Source: Vicinamibacterales bacterium | GTDB taxonomy: Bacteria; Acidobacteriota; Vicinamibacteria; Vicinamibacterales; UBA2999 | DNA length: 64,000 bases | Assembly (NCBI GenBank): GCA_035626435.1 | Contig: DASPNQ010000227.1 | Span: forward strand, 64,915-128,914 | Reading direction: 5' to 3' | Shown here: piece after piece, positions 36,884 to 46,353 of the stretch | Layout of the letters: each line of letters opens with the position of its first letter | Numbering within the stretch: position 1 is the stretch's first letter | Notes under the pieces: generated by a model | The model's input: the letters and a program-made list of their open reading frames with translations, nothing else | Database searches by the model: none | What the model was told of the DNA's origin: nothing | Program-made: the position numbers and the translations under genes

Positions 36884-37594
36884 TTGAAGCTCAGTGTCGT
36901 GATGCCTGCGTACAACGAGCAGGCCACCATCCGAACGATTGTCGCCCGCGTGCTCGCCGTCGACCTCGGCGCCGTCGAAAAGGAGCTGGTCATCGTCGAC
37001 GACGGATCGAAGGACGGCACACGAGAGATCCTGAAAGAACTCGAAGGCCAGCATGCCAACGTCCGCGTACTGTTCCAGCCGCACAATCAGGGCAAGGGCG
37101 CCGCGGTGTGGCGCGGCATCCGTGAAGCCAGCGGCGACATGGTGATCATCCAGGACGCCGACCTCGAGTACGACCCTAACGAGTATCCCGCGCTGATTCG
37201 TCCGATCCTCGACGGTCAGGCCGACGTGGTCTACGGCTCGCGCTTCCTCGGACACGCCCGGGGCCATCGTGTCCTGTACTTCTGGCACTCAGTCGGCAAC
37301 AAACTGCTGACGACGTTGTCGAACATGTTCAGCGATCTGAACCTGACCGACATGGAGACGTGCTACAAGGTGATGGCGCGGGACGTCGCGCAGCGGCTCG
37401 ATTTGCAATCACAGGACTTCGGCATCGAGCCGGAGATCACGCAGAAAGTCGCGGCGATGCGGGCACGCATTTACGAGGTGCCGATCTCGTATCACGGCCG
37501 CACGTATGAAGAGGGAAAGAAGATCGGCTTGAAGGACGCCTTCAAGGCGGTCTACACGATCCTGCGGTTCTGGGGCTGGAAACCGCAAGGCTGA
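36884..37594 (+). CDS. family 2 glycosyltransferase (polyprenyl-phosphate sugar synthase-like)
   Basis: [11 protein letters not shown]...[11 protein letters not shown]...[12 protein letters not shown] start. Confidence 0.8.
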   Translation: MKLSVVMPAYNEQATIRTIVARVLAVDLGAVEKELVIVDDGSKDGTREILKELEGQHANVRVLFQPHNQGKGAAVWRGIREASGDMVIIQDADLEYDPNEYPALIRPILDGQADVVYGSRFLGHARGHRVLYFWHSVGNKLLTTLSNMFSDLNLTDMETCYKVMARDVAQRLDLQSQDFGIEPEITQKVAAMRARIYEVPISYHGRTYEEGKKIGLKDAFKAVYTILRFWGWKPQG

Positions 37595-37595
37595 G

Positions 37596-37636
37596 AGGAG
37601 AACGAAAGAAGGGAGCAACCGTTCTCCCGTTCTCCT
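37596..37636. terminator. hairpin in a convergent gap (GT2 / CHRD genes)
   Basis: aggagaacg can pair with either of two direct copies of cgttctcc (37620-37628, 37628-37636). Confidence 0.35.
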
Positions 37637-37644
37637 GCACAGAT

Positions 37645-38133
37645 TTACGGCACGCGCGTCAACTGACCGCGAATTTCGCCGCCCGGATTCGCCGTCGAGT
37701 GGACGTTGACGTAAGTGTTGCCGAGCATCAGCGCCTGCACGAAGTCCTCGCAGGAGTTGATGCCCTGGGCGGCGCGCACCACGACATCGCTGCAGCCGAA
37801 CGTTCCCGTCAAACCGTAGTCATTCGAGATGCCGCCGGCCGGCACGGTGAAGTTGATCACCACCGGCCCGGAGACGCCGATCGCGCCGACGTGAATGTGC
37901 GCCGCCGTCGTGCCGACCGGCATGTTGAACACGTCGACACGATACGTGCCGGCGCTGGTCGCGGCATTCCAGGTCACCGTTGCTGAACCCGCAGAGCCCG
38001 TGAGAACGCCGGGCACTTCGTTGCCGCCCGACAGGCTGGCGGTGAAGGTCACTGTCTGGGCCTGCGCCTGTGCCGACAGCAGCACGGCGAACACTCCGGC
38101 CAAAGCCATAAAGATTACACGTCGCATCAACAA
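37645..38133 (-). CDS. secreted CHRD-domain protein
   Basis: Signal peptide, then LSGGNEVP...AHIHVGA...GPVV...YVNVHSTANPGGEIRGQL. Confidence 0.8.
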   Translation of the reverse strand: MLMRRVIFMALAGVFAVLLSAQAQAQTVTFTASLSGGNEVPGVLTGSAGSATVTWNAATSAGTYRVDVFNMPVGTTAAHIHVGAIGVSGPVVINFTVPAGGISNDYGLTGTFGCSDVVVRAAQGINSCEDFVQALMLGNTYVNVHSTANPGGEIRGQLTRVP

Positions 38134-38352
38134 TCTCCTTTTAACGGGCGGCGCACCGCCGCGAAACCTATCGAGGTAAGCAGTTTCGGGGCCAAGAATG
38201 GAAACGCGGTGTTCTCGGGGTACTGGCGGAGCGTTGGGCAGATTTCGGGCGCTTCGGTGGGAACGCGTGCGCTTTCGCCTGGCGCTTCGTCGAGACGGGT
38301 GGGTGGATACTTACGCGGCCCGAAATTGGTTACGATGGGCGTACCTCAGCGG

Positions 38353-39093
38353 ATGAATCTTCCACGCACAGTTGCACTGATCACCGGCGGCAAGCGCATT
38401 GGCGCCGTCGTCGCGACGACACTCGCCGCGGCGGGCAGCGACGTGGCGCTCGTCTACAATCGCTCGCGCGCCGAGGCCGATCAGACCGCAGACGCGATCC
38501 GGACCGCCGGCCGGCGTGCGCTCGTCGTGCAAGCTGACGTCAGCAGCGATGAGGCTTGCGTCGCCGCCGTCACCGCCACGGTCGCGCAATTCGGCCGGCT
38601 CGACATCCTGATCAACATGGCCTCCCTGTATGCCGCTAAACCGTTCGAGCAATTGTCGGTCGCCGACTGGGATCGACAGCTCGCGGTTGATCTTCGCGCA
38701 TCGTTCGTCTTCGCACACGCCGCGGCGCCGCACATGAAGCGCGCCGGCGGCGGTCGGGTGATCAACTTCTCCGATTGGGTAGCCGCGAGCGGGCGGCCGC
38801 GATACCCGGGTTATGTCCCTTACTACGTCGCGAAAGCCGGCGTGAGAGCGTTGACCGAAGCGTTGGCGCTGGAACTCGCCGGCGATCAGATTCTCGTCAA
38901 CGCGATCGCGCCTGGGCCAATCCTCGCACCACCCGAGCTGTCGCAGGACGAACATGACGCCGTGATGAGGAGCACGCCGCTCGGCCGCTGGGGCGGCGAA
39001 GCCGAGATCGCCAAGGCGGTGATGTTTCTGGTCAACTCGGATTTTGTGACAGGCGAGACGATTCGCGTGGATGGTGGAAGACACCTGAAATGA
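38353..39093 (+). CDS. SDR-family oxidoreductase
   Basis: Rossmann motif ALITGGKRIG and YxxxK (YYVAKAG). Start uncertain (38353 or 38335). The track start 38209 is probably too far upstream. Confidence 0.8.
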   Translation: MNLPRTVALITGGKRIGAVVATTLAAAGSDVALVYNRSRAEADQTADAIRTAGRRALVVQADVSSDEACVAAVTATVAQFGRLDILINMASLYAAKPFEQLSVADWDRQLAVDLRASFVFAHAAAPHMKRAGGGRVINFSDWVAASGRPRYPGYVPYYVAKAGVRALTEALALELAGDQILVNAIAPGPILAPPELSQDEHDAVMRSTPLGRWGGEAEIAKAVMFLVNSDFVTGETIRVDGGRHLK

Positions 39094-39275
39094 CAGTCTG
39101 CAGTCGACAGTCGGCAGTTCAGAGTCAAGTTGGGCAGTCGACAGTCGGCAGTTAACGGTCGTAGGGCCATCGACAGTCGGCAGTGAAGAGTCAAGTTGGG
39201 TAGTGGACAGTCGGCAGTTGACGGTCGAGTTGGTCAGTCAACAGTCAGAGATCGGCGGCAGTTGGCAGTCGACGA
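39094..39275. repeat. periodic repeat: core GACAGTCGGCAGT x4 at 32-34-nt spacing, with alternating related inter-core segments (CAGTC family)
   Basis: Cores at 39106, 39140, 39172 and 39206. Units 1/3 and 2/4 resemble each other. A tail of CAGTC/GGCAGT words runs to 39275. Confidence 0.9.
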
Positions 39276-39297
39276 CTGTGAGGGTTAGGAGATCGAC

Positions 39298-39987
39298 GTG
39301 ATCCGAACAGGGCGGGAGGTGTCGCGGGTCGAGGGATTTTCGGATGCCGTGTTCGGCTTCGCACTGACGTTGCTGGTGGTGTCGCTCGAAGTACCCGAGT
39401 CGTTCGATGACCTGCGCGCGGTGCTCGCCGGCTTCGTGCCGTTCGGGTTGATGTTCGCGTTGATGTGCTGGATCTGGTACGAGCACTATGCGTTCTTCCG
39501 CCGGTTCGGCGCGGAAGACCGCATCAGCATCACGCTGAACTGCGTGCTGCTGTTCATCGTGGTGTTCTTCGTCTACCCGCTGAAGTTCGTATTTTCGAAC
39601 GTCGTCAAGCTGATCGCCGGACAACCGTTCGCGTTCCGGGAGATGAGCGTTGCCGACAACCGCCTGCTGCTGTCAGTTTACAGCGCCGGTTTCGTCGGCA
39701 TCATGCTCGTATTCGTATTGCTGTACTGGAACGTCTACCGGCGGCGCGACGCCCTTCGGCTGAGCGACGAAGACGTCTTCGATGCCGCCGCGGGCGCTCG
39801 CACGCACGCGCTGAGCACGTGCGTGGGATTGGTGTCGCTGGTACTGGCGTGGACACTGCCGGTGAACTGGTTCTGGCTGGCGGGCCCTGTCTACGCGCTT
39901 CAGGGCCCGATCCACTACCGCAACGGCGTGCTTATCGCGCGGGCACGCGCGCGAGCGTTTCCTTCATCGACGCCAGCGCACCAGTGA
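39298..39987 (+). CDS. TMEM175-family (DUF1211) putative potassium channel
   Basis: N-terminal signature RVEGFSDAVFGFALTLLVVSLEVP and six hydrophobic helices. GTG start. Confidence 0.75.
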   Translation: MIRTGREVSRVEGFSDAVFGFALTLLVVSLEVPESFDDLRAVLAGFVPFGLMFALMCWIWYEHYAFFRRFGAEDRISITLNCVLLFIVVFFVYPLKFVFSNVVKLIAGQPFAFREMSVADNRLLLSVYSAGFVGIMLVFVLLYWNVYRRRDALRLSDEDVFDAAAGARTHALSTCVGLVSLVLAWTLPVNWFWLAGPVYALQGPIHYRNGVLIARARARAFPSSTPAHQ

Positions 39988-41158
39988 GCTCTTCGCGCGA
40001 CCGGCAGGTGCAGAAGCGCAGGTAGCCTTCGCTGCTGGCGCCGAAGTCGACGCCGGGCACGCAGCCGATGCGCGCGTGTTTGATCAGGAATTCAGCCGTC
40101 GCCCACGACAACGATTCCTCCGCGTTCGCCGAAGCATCCGCACGATTGGCGCCGGTAATGCCGGCACTCTTTGCGAACTCCGGATTGATCTTCACGAACG
40201 CGTAGAACGCGCCGTCTGGCGGGTTGCCCGAGAACACGCCGGGGGCGGCATCTTCGAGACCCTGGTAGAACAGGTCACGCCGAATCAGCAGCTCCTTCTT
40301 GAAGTCATCGATACACTGCTGCGAGCCTTCCATGGCGCCGAGCGCGCCGTACTGCGCGATCGACGAAACGTTACTGGTGGTGTAGAGGATGATCTTGAGC
40401 GCACGACTGCGAAGCGCTTCGTCCTTGATCGCGAAGTAACCGACGCGCACCCCGGTGATCGCATAGCTCTTGCTGAGCGTGTAGACGGGGATCGTCCGAT
40501 CGTACATGCCAGGTAGCGACGCAATGCTGACGTGTTCGCCCTTGAAGACGACGTCCTCGTAGGCTTCGTCGGAGACAACCCACAAATTGCGATCGCGAGC
40601 GATTTGCGCAAGTTTCTCGATGTCCTGGCGAGTCAACACGCCGCCGGAGGGGTTGTTCGGCGAATTGATGTACAGCACGCGCGTCTTCGGCGTGATCGCC
40701 TTTTCGACGTCGGCGATGTCCCATCGCCACCCCAACTCTTCGCGCAACGGCACCTGCACCGCGACGCCGCCAGCCGCCTTCACCATCGCCATCGTCGGGG
40801 GCCACTCGGGTTCCGGAATGATCACCTCGTCGCCCGGCTCGAGCAGCGCATGGAAGACGGCGTAGAGGCCATGCGTACCGCCGTTGGTCACCATGACTTC
40901 TTCGTCGGAGCCGATCGGGATGCCGTTCTTCCTGCGCATCTTTTCCGCGAACGCCTTGCGCAGCGGCGGAATGCCAACCGTCGGCAGGTAGTGCGTACGA
41001 TTTTCCGCCATCGCCTTGGCGACCGCTTGCTTGAAGGTGTCAGGAGCGTCGAAGGAGACGTCGCCCTGATCGAGGCGAAACGGGTCCTTGACGGTGTACA
41101 TCATGTCGCGGATGCGAACGATCGCCGAGACCGGAACTGAGTCGTAGAACTTGCCCAT
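39932..41158 (-). CDS. class I PLP-dependent aminotransferase (aspartate/aromatic type)
   Basis: 408 aa. NGGTHGL, NSPNNPSG, TLSKSYAITG (PLP lysine). The 3' end overlaps the convergent TMEM175 gene by 56 nt. Confidence 0.8.
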   Translation of the reverse strand: MGKFYDSVPVSAIVRIRDMMYTVKDPFRLDQGDVSFDAPDTFKQAVAKAMAENRTHYLPTVGIPPLRKAFAEKMRRKNGIPIGSDEEVMVTNGGTHGLYAVFHALLEPGDEVIIPEPEWPPTMAMVKAAGGVAVQVPLREELGWRWDIADVEKAITPKTRVLYINSPNNPSGGVLTRQDIEKLAQIARDRNLWVVSDEAYEDVVFKGEHVSIASLPGMYDRTIPVYTLSKSYAITGVRVGYFAIKDEALRSRALKIILYTTSNVSSIAQYGALGAMEGSQQCIDDFKKELLIRRDLFYQGLEDAAPGVFSGNPPDGAFYAFVKINPEFAKSAGITGANRADASANAEESLSWATAEFLIKHARIGCVPGVDFGASSEGYLRFCTCRSREELTGALASMKETLARVPAR

Positions 41159-41159
41159 A

Positions 41160-41201
41160 GAAGTTAGAAGTTAAAAGTTAAAAGTTAAAAGTTAGAGTTA
41201 A
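41160..41201. repeat. AT-rich tandem heptamer AAGTTA(A/G)
   Basis: aagttagaagttaaaagttaaaagttaaaagttagagttaag. Overlaps the stop and last codons of the MetF-like gene and abuts the aminotransferase start codon. Confidence 0.95.
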
Positions 41202-42048
41202 GACCGGCCTTGTCCAGAATCGATGCAAGGGTCGCCGCGGTTTTCTTCGTAGGAAGATTACTCACATAGAAGTGCTTCGCGCCAGCATCAATTAGGAATC
41301 GAATGGTGCGCGCGCAGACATCGATCGGCGTCGCCCCTGCGGCAAATTCGCGAGTCAGTTGTTCGACGGGCACCGGCAGAAACCGGCCGAGCATGTCGAG
41401 GGTCTTCGGATTGGCGCTGCGATAATAGAAGACGCCAAACACGCCGGGCAGACGAAGGCCGGTGCGCCGCGCCGCTTCGATAAACGCGTGGACGCGATCG
41501 ATCTGATGATGCGAGACGATCTGCGTCAGGTAAAAATCCGCATTGACGTCCGGATCGAGCAGAAATTCCACCTGCCGCTCCGGATCGGCAGTCGGGTTCG
41601 CCCAACCGCCGAGCTCGAGGTCGGGATGGCGCTGCCGAATCAGCTTGCGCAGCTGCCACGCGTGCTCGAGGATGCGCGGCCGGCCGACATGCTTGTCGCC
41701 GCCGAGAACGACCATCGAGGGAAAGCCGTTGTGCACCACCTGATCGGCGTACTGCAGGCAAAACTCGAGCGAGTGCTTGGTGGTGAGGAACGGAATGATC
41801 TGGTCGCGCGCGACGGCGCCGCCCAGGTTGGCGACAAGGTGCCGCAGGTTGTTCTCTTCTTGCGCGCCGACCGCGCTGTCGGTGACCATCACCCGCACGT
41901 CGTGCCTGGTCAGCGATCGGATGGCGTGATAGGTGTCGATCCACGCGTCCATGCCTTCAGCCGCTTCAAGCTCCGCCCGCGGGGGACGGAGCTCGACGGC
42001 AACGACGCGGGTTGACTCGCCGCGCAGCAGCGAGAGATAAGAAATCAA
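41185..42048 (-). CDS. methylenetetrahydrofolate reductase-fold protein (MetF-like)
   Basis: Collinear resemblance to MetF: VAVELRPPR, FLTTKH, VLGGDKH, FYLTQIVSH, PGVFGVFYY, HFYVSNL. TTG 42048 is proposed as the start because the track ORF (to 42450) runs through the upstream gene. Start uncertain. Confidence 0.55.
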   Translation of the reverse strand: MISYLSLLRGESTRVVAVELRPPRAELEAAEGMDAWIDTYHAIRSLTRHDVRVMVTDSAVGAQEENNLRHLVANLGGAVARDQIIPFLTTKHSLEFCLQYADQVVHNGFPSMVVLGGDKHVGRPRILEHAWQLRKLIRQRHPDLELGGWANPTADPERQVEFLLDPDVNADFYLTQIVSHHQIDRVHAFIEAARRTGLRLPGVFGVFYYRSANPKTLDMLGRFLPVPVEQLTREFAAGATPIDVCARTIRFLIDAGAKHFYVSNLPTKKTAATLASILDKAGLNSNF

Positions 42049-42108
42049 TCTGGTGATCTGGTGAGCTGGTGATCTGATCTCGTGATCTGTTGATCTGTTG
42101 ATCTGCCG
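42049..42108. repeat. tandem repeat of (G/T)TGATCTG units (GATC-rich family), 6 GATC sites
   Basis: atctggtgatctggtgagctggtgatctgatctcgtgatctgttgatctgttgatctgcc, between the DUF4412-like stop and the MetF-like start. Confidence 0.95.
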
Positions 42109-42110
42109 AT

Positions 42111-42902
42111 TTACTTCTGTTCTTTGAGTTTGTAGCCGGCCGGCGGCGCGAACAGGTCGGCCGAGAGCGGTGACGCGTCCACGGACGTCACGGTCGTCGT
42201 CATCGAAATGTTGCCCATCTTCGCGAGCATACCGGCCATCGGGCCTTCGCCGCTCATCCGGATGTTCATTTCCTGTTCGTAGGCGATGCCTCCGGTCGCA
42301 GCCATCTGCCGGTAGATCTCCGCCATCGCCTTCGCCTGGCCGGGCTGCGCCTTCGCTTGACGCGGGTCGCTGAAGAACCAGCCCTTCTCGACGGCGTTCT
42401 TGTAAAACGAAAGGTATTCCTCCGCTCCAGGCGCGCCCTTGACGATCCACACGGGGCCGGCAAGATTGACCGTCATCTTCACGCCATTCTCACCGCCCAT
42501 CGTCGCCGGGAGGCTGACCTCCATGTCGTAACCGGCCGCGGACTTGCCGATGATGTCCTTGGTCTTCCCGTTGGGCGTGAGCGACGCCTTCATCTCGTCG
42601 ACACGGACGTTCTTGGCGAGGTCAGCGGCCATCCTCTGCATGTCGTAGACGTCCGCCTCCTTTTTCTTCAAATCGAAGGAGTACATCTTCTGGCCATCGA
42701 GGTCGAAGATGGCGACCCGCGTGTTGTCGCCCATCACCGTTTCGGTGCGCATCCGGCTGCCCTTGATGTAGGTGACGGAGGTCATGGTGCCGGACATGCC
42801 CATGCCTTTGCCGGCGACGTTCGCCTTCACCGTGACATCGGCCGATGCCGGTGCAGCGACTGCCAGTACTGCCATCCATGCGAGGAACGTGACGCGCTTC
42901 AT
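42111..42902 (-). CDS. secreted protein, DUF4412/LolA-like (hypothetical)
   Basis: Signal peptide MKRVTFLAWMAVLAVAAPASA. Met/Gly/Lys-rich beta protein ending in LFAPPAGYKLKEQ. Family call tentative. Confidence 0.5.
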   Translation of the reverse strand: MKRVTFLAWMAVLAVAAPASADVTVKANVAGKGMGMSGTMTSVTYIKGSRMRTETVMGDNTRVAIFDLDGQKMYSFDLKKKEADVYDMQRMAADLAKNVRVDEMKASLTPNGKTKDIIGKSAAGYDMEVSLPATMGGENGVKMTVNLAGPVWIVKGAPGAEEYLSFYKNAVEKGWFFSDPRQAKAQPGQAKAMAEIYRQMAATGGIAYEQEMNIRMSGEGPMAGMLAKMGNISMTTTVTSVDASPLSADLFAPPAGYKLKEQK

Positions 42903-42929
42903 TCAGTGATCTCCACGGAAGCGATAAGT

Positions 42930-45365
42930 TTACTGCTGTTGCTGGGTCGCCGTCGCGCGCGGCTTGGTCCACTCGTTCGCCCAATTCAACATCTCCGCGA
43001 CCGTATGCAGCACCGATTCGCGGGCGGCGTAACCGTGAGCCTCATGCGGCAGCGTGACGTAACGAACAGTGGCGCCGTGACCCTTGAGCGCACGGTAGAA
43101 ACGCTCAGACTGCACGGGATATGTCCCGGCGTTGTCGTCGGCCTCGCCATGGATCAACAGAATCGGTTCCTTGATCTTGTCCGCGTAATTGAACGGTGAC
43201 ATGCGCGCGTACAGCTGCGGCACCTGCCAGAACGTGCGTTCCTCGTTCTGGAAGCCGAACGGCGTCAAGGTGCGGTTGTACGCGCCGCTGCGTGCGATGC
43301 CGGCACGAAAGATATCCGAGTGGGCAAGCAGGTTGGCGGTCATGAACGCGCCGTAACTGTGCCCGCCGGCGACGATGCGGTCTCGGTCGACGATGCCCAT
43401 GTCGACGGCTTTGTCGACGGCGGCTTGCGCGCTGGCGACCAGCTGTTCGATATAGGTGTCGTTCGCCGTCTCGCCAGGGCCGACAATCGGCATCGTCGGG
43501 TCGTCGATAATCGCGTAGCCCTGCGTGAGAAACATCATGTGCAGCGTGCTCCAGCCGGGACTGGTAAAGCGATACTGCGAGCCCGTCACCTGACCGGCCA
43601 TTTCCGGATCCGAGAACTCGCGCGGATACGCCCAGAGCAGCGCCGGCAACCGGCCCTGATCCGGCGTCCAGCCCGGCGGCGTGTGAACGGTCGTGCGCAA
43701 CTGTACGCCGTCGGCGCGTTTGTAGGTAACCATCTGCGATTTGACGCCCTGCAATGCCGGCGCAGGATCAGGCACGCTGGCGAGCGTGCGTCGCGAGCCG
43801 GCTTCACGGCCGCGCATGGCGATCTGCGGCGGGGCGCTGCGCGTTTCGAAGCGGGTGATGAACCGAGAGCCGTCGTCGCTGAGCAGCGCGAGGACGCGCT
43901 CGTAGGTTTGATCCTCGGTCTGGAAGAGCCGTTCTTTCTGGCCGGTCTTGAGATTGATGCGGTCGAGAAACGGGCGATCGCCTTGTGGCGACGAGCCGAC
44001 GCCGGTCATGAAGATGGTGTCGCCGTTCTGAAACAGAACCTCGCGGCCGGAATTACGCAATTGCTTCAGTGGGTCACCGGGATTGTTGTAAGCATCCTCA
44101 TCGCTGCGCTCGAAGAGTTTCCGGGGCGTCGCGCCCGGCGAGTCAATCACCCACGTGCGAACCTTGCGCGTGGCGCGGTCGTTTTCCTGAAGCCAGATCG
44201 AACCGGCCGAGGTCCACGCGATCGACTCGAAACGGAACTGAGTCTTGGTCAACTCGGTCGGTGCTGCCGTGAACGGTGCGGCCAAGGTCAGGATGCGATC
44301 GCGGAACTCGACAGTCTTCCGCGGATCGCCGCCGTCCAGCGCTTCGGCGTAAACGACGGTCGCAGGCTGCGTCGGATGCCACTGCCAGCTGCGCGGTCCT
44401 GGCAGCACACCGCCGCGTGGAATGTCGTTCGCCATCGGCAGATCGGCGAGCTGTTTGACGAGGGCGCCGCGACGGTCCCAGATTTCGGCCGTGCGCGGGA
44501 AACGACGGAACGGCAGAATCCAGGAGAACGGGCGCTTGGTGCGCGTGACGAGCACGAACTGGCCGTCGGGCGACACCTCGACGTTCGTATACAGTGCAGG
44601 CGTGCCGATCGGCGCGCGTTGGCCGCTGGTCGCATCGACGATCGCGAGCTGAATCGCGCCGTAGTACTCGAACAGGGTTTCGTCGTAGGCGCTGGTCAGC
44701 ATGTCCTGCACGGTCGGCGCGGGCGCGGCTTCACCGCGGCTCTCCTGCACGTTCGGGCCTGACGGCACCGCGGGGGCGGCCGGTGCGGGACCACGGTTGG
44801 TGTTGATGAACGAGCAAAGCAGCGATCCGCCCTCGCCGATCCACGAGCAAGGCGACCCGAACACGGCGTTGAGCTGCGCCGGCGTCACCGCCCTGGCCTG
44901 TCCGGTCGCCGTCTCGCCCACCCACAACTCGACTCCCGTGCCCTTCATCTGCGTGAACGCGAAGCGGCGGCCGTCGGCATTGAACCCAATCCAGCTGATG
45001 ACGGGCGACGCCGGCAGCGTCACCTTGCGCTCGCTGTTGTCGGCAATCACTCGCAGCGTCAGATTGCGATAGCGGGGGTTCTGGTTCGGCGCACGGTGTG
45101 GGGCGTTGGTGCGCGGATTGATGCGCAAGCCGGCAAGCCGGTGAAACGGCTGTGCAAGCTCCGCGATCGTGGGCATGCTTGGCCGCTCCAGCATTGCCAC
45201 CACGTCGCGTGCCGGGCTGACCTCCGCCGTCGGCGGCGGCGGCGCGTCGAGCATGTCGACTATCACCTTTGGAGGAAGCCGATAACCCGAAGCCGCCGGC
45301 TGTTGCGCGTCCAGGCCGATTGACACGGCGACGAGCGAAACAATGAAAGTAAGGCGATAGCGCAT
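42930..45365 (-). CDS. secreted S9-family serine peptidase (propeller + alpha/beta hydrolase)
   Basis: 811 aa with a signal peptide and nucleophile elbow GGHSYGAFMTA. LIHGEADDN and PHEAHGY supply the acid/His. Confidence 0.85.
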   Translation of the reverse strand: MRYRLTFIVSLVAVSIGLDAQQPAASGYRLPPKVIVDMLDAPPPPTAEVSPARDVVAMLERPSMPTIAELAQPFHRLAGLRINPRTNAPHRAPNQNPRYRNLTLRVIADNSERKVTLPASPVISWIGFNADGRRFAFTQMKGTGVELWVGETATGQARAVTPAQLNAVFGSPCSWIGEGGSLLCSFINTNRGPAPAAPAVPSGPNVQESRGEAAPAPTVQDMLTSAYDETLFEYYGAIQLAIVDATSGQRAPIGTPALYTNVEVSPDGQFVLVTRTKRPFSWILPFRRFPRTAEIWDRRGALVKQLADLPMANDIPRGGVLPGPRSWQWHPTQPATVVYAEALDGGDPRKTVEFRDRILTLAAPFTAAPTELTKTQFRFESIAWTSAGSIWLQENDRATRKVRTWVIDSPGATPRKLFERSDEDAYNNPGDPLKQLRNSGREVLFQNGDTIFMTGVGSSPQGDRPFLDRINLKTGQKERLFQTEDQTYERVLALLSDDGSRFITRFETRSAPPQIAMRGREAGSRRTLASVPDPAPALQGVKSQMVTYKRADGVQLRTTVHTPPGWTPDQGRLPALLWAYPREFSDPEMAGQVTGSQYRFTSPGWSTLHMMFLTQGYAIIDDPTMPIVGPGETANDTYIEQLVASAQAAVDKAVDMGIVDRDRIVAGGHSYGAFMTANLLAHSDIFRAGIARSGAYNRTLTPFGFQNEERTFWQVPQLYARMSPFNYADKIKEPILLIHGEADDNAGTYPVQSERFYRALKGHGATVRYVTLPHEAHGYAARESVLHTVAEMLNWANEWTKPRATATQQQQ

Positions 45366-45390
45366 GGGGCCTCTCCTAAGGCGAAGGATT

Positions 45391-46353
45391 CTACTCCTTC
45401 AATCGAGTTTCGAGCTCTGCCACAGCGAGCGGCAGAACGAAGATCATGAAAGGCAGCATGTGGCGTAATTCACGGATGTAGACCACTGTCCATGCCAGCA
45501 CGACGTAGCACGCTAGCGTCAGCGCGAGCGACACCACGAACGGATCGGCCAGCCTGCGCCATGCGCGCCAGGCCAACAGCAACGTCACGTTGAAAAACAA
45601 CAACACTTTCAGGTTGTCGCGCAGCGCTTTCGCGATGATTGGACCCTGCCAGACGACGAACGGCACGTTCAAGCGGAAGGTGTCCCACCATGCCCACTGC
45701 GCCAGCGGCGCCGGATAAACGGCGCGGAGCGCGAAAGTCGGTATCGCGAAGGCGACGGCGCAGGCCACCGGCGCGGACCATGGCGCGCGGCCGCGAACCG
45801 CCTCGAAGCCGGCGAGCAACGCGATCAGCATCGCGGTTTCCTTGGCCCACGCTCCCGCGAATGCGGCCAACGCCGCGAGCCACCAGCGCCGCCGGCGGAT
45901 CGCAACGACGCCGGCAAACCACGAGAGTACCGCGAGGTAGTCGTTGGTGAAATAGATCGCGTAGCCTTCAGAACTGAACGCCACCGCGGAAACGAACAGG
46001 TAACTGAGGGCCGCCAGGATCGCGCCGAGCGGGCTGACAATGGTGGTCGAAAATACGTACAGCAACGCTGTGGCAGCGGCAAGGGCCAGGGTCTTGACAC
46101 CAACGTCGATGACGTGGGGATCGACCGGTACGATCATCGTTCCCGCGCGTGCGATCCAGAAACCAAGAACGCGCCACTGGTATGGGAACGGGCGTGTGCC
46201 CGCAAGCGTGTCGTCGTACTGCTGCGTCGACAGGCCTCGAAAGGACATGTTCGTGACGAGGTCGAACGCGTGCAGATCGACGTAGCGCGTGTAGACCGAC
46301 CAGCCGCTGAACAGCAGCAGGCCGACGAGCACAATTGCTTTCAGCCGGTTCAT
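45391..46353 (-). CDS. polytopic membrane protein, unknown function
   Basis: ATG 46353 overlaps the upstream stop (ATGA). About 9 hydrophobic helices. No family recognised. Confidence 0.5.
   Translation of the reverse strand: MNRLKAIVLVGLLLFSGWSVYTRYVDLHAFDLVTNMSFRGLSTQQYDDTLAGTRPFPYQWRVLGFWIARAGTMIVPVDPHVIDVGVKTLALAAATALLYVFSTTIVSPLGAILAALSYLFVSAVAFSSEGYAIYFTNDYLAVLSWFAGVVAIRRRRWWLAALAAFAGAWAKETAMLIALLAGFEAVRGRAPWSAPVACAVAFAIPTFALRAVYPAPLAQWAWWDTFRLNVPFVVWQGPIIAKALRDNLKVLLFFNVTLLLAWRAWRRLADPFVVSLALTLACYVVLAWTVVYIRELRHMLPFMIFVLPLAVAELETRLKE

Noticed and set aside
39094-39275. CRISPR array?
   Set aside because: The repeated core is only 13 nt. The 'spacers' are about 20 nt and are themselves repeated (units 1/3 and 2/4 similar). 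There are only four units and no cas genes in the window.
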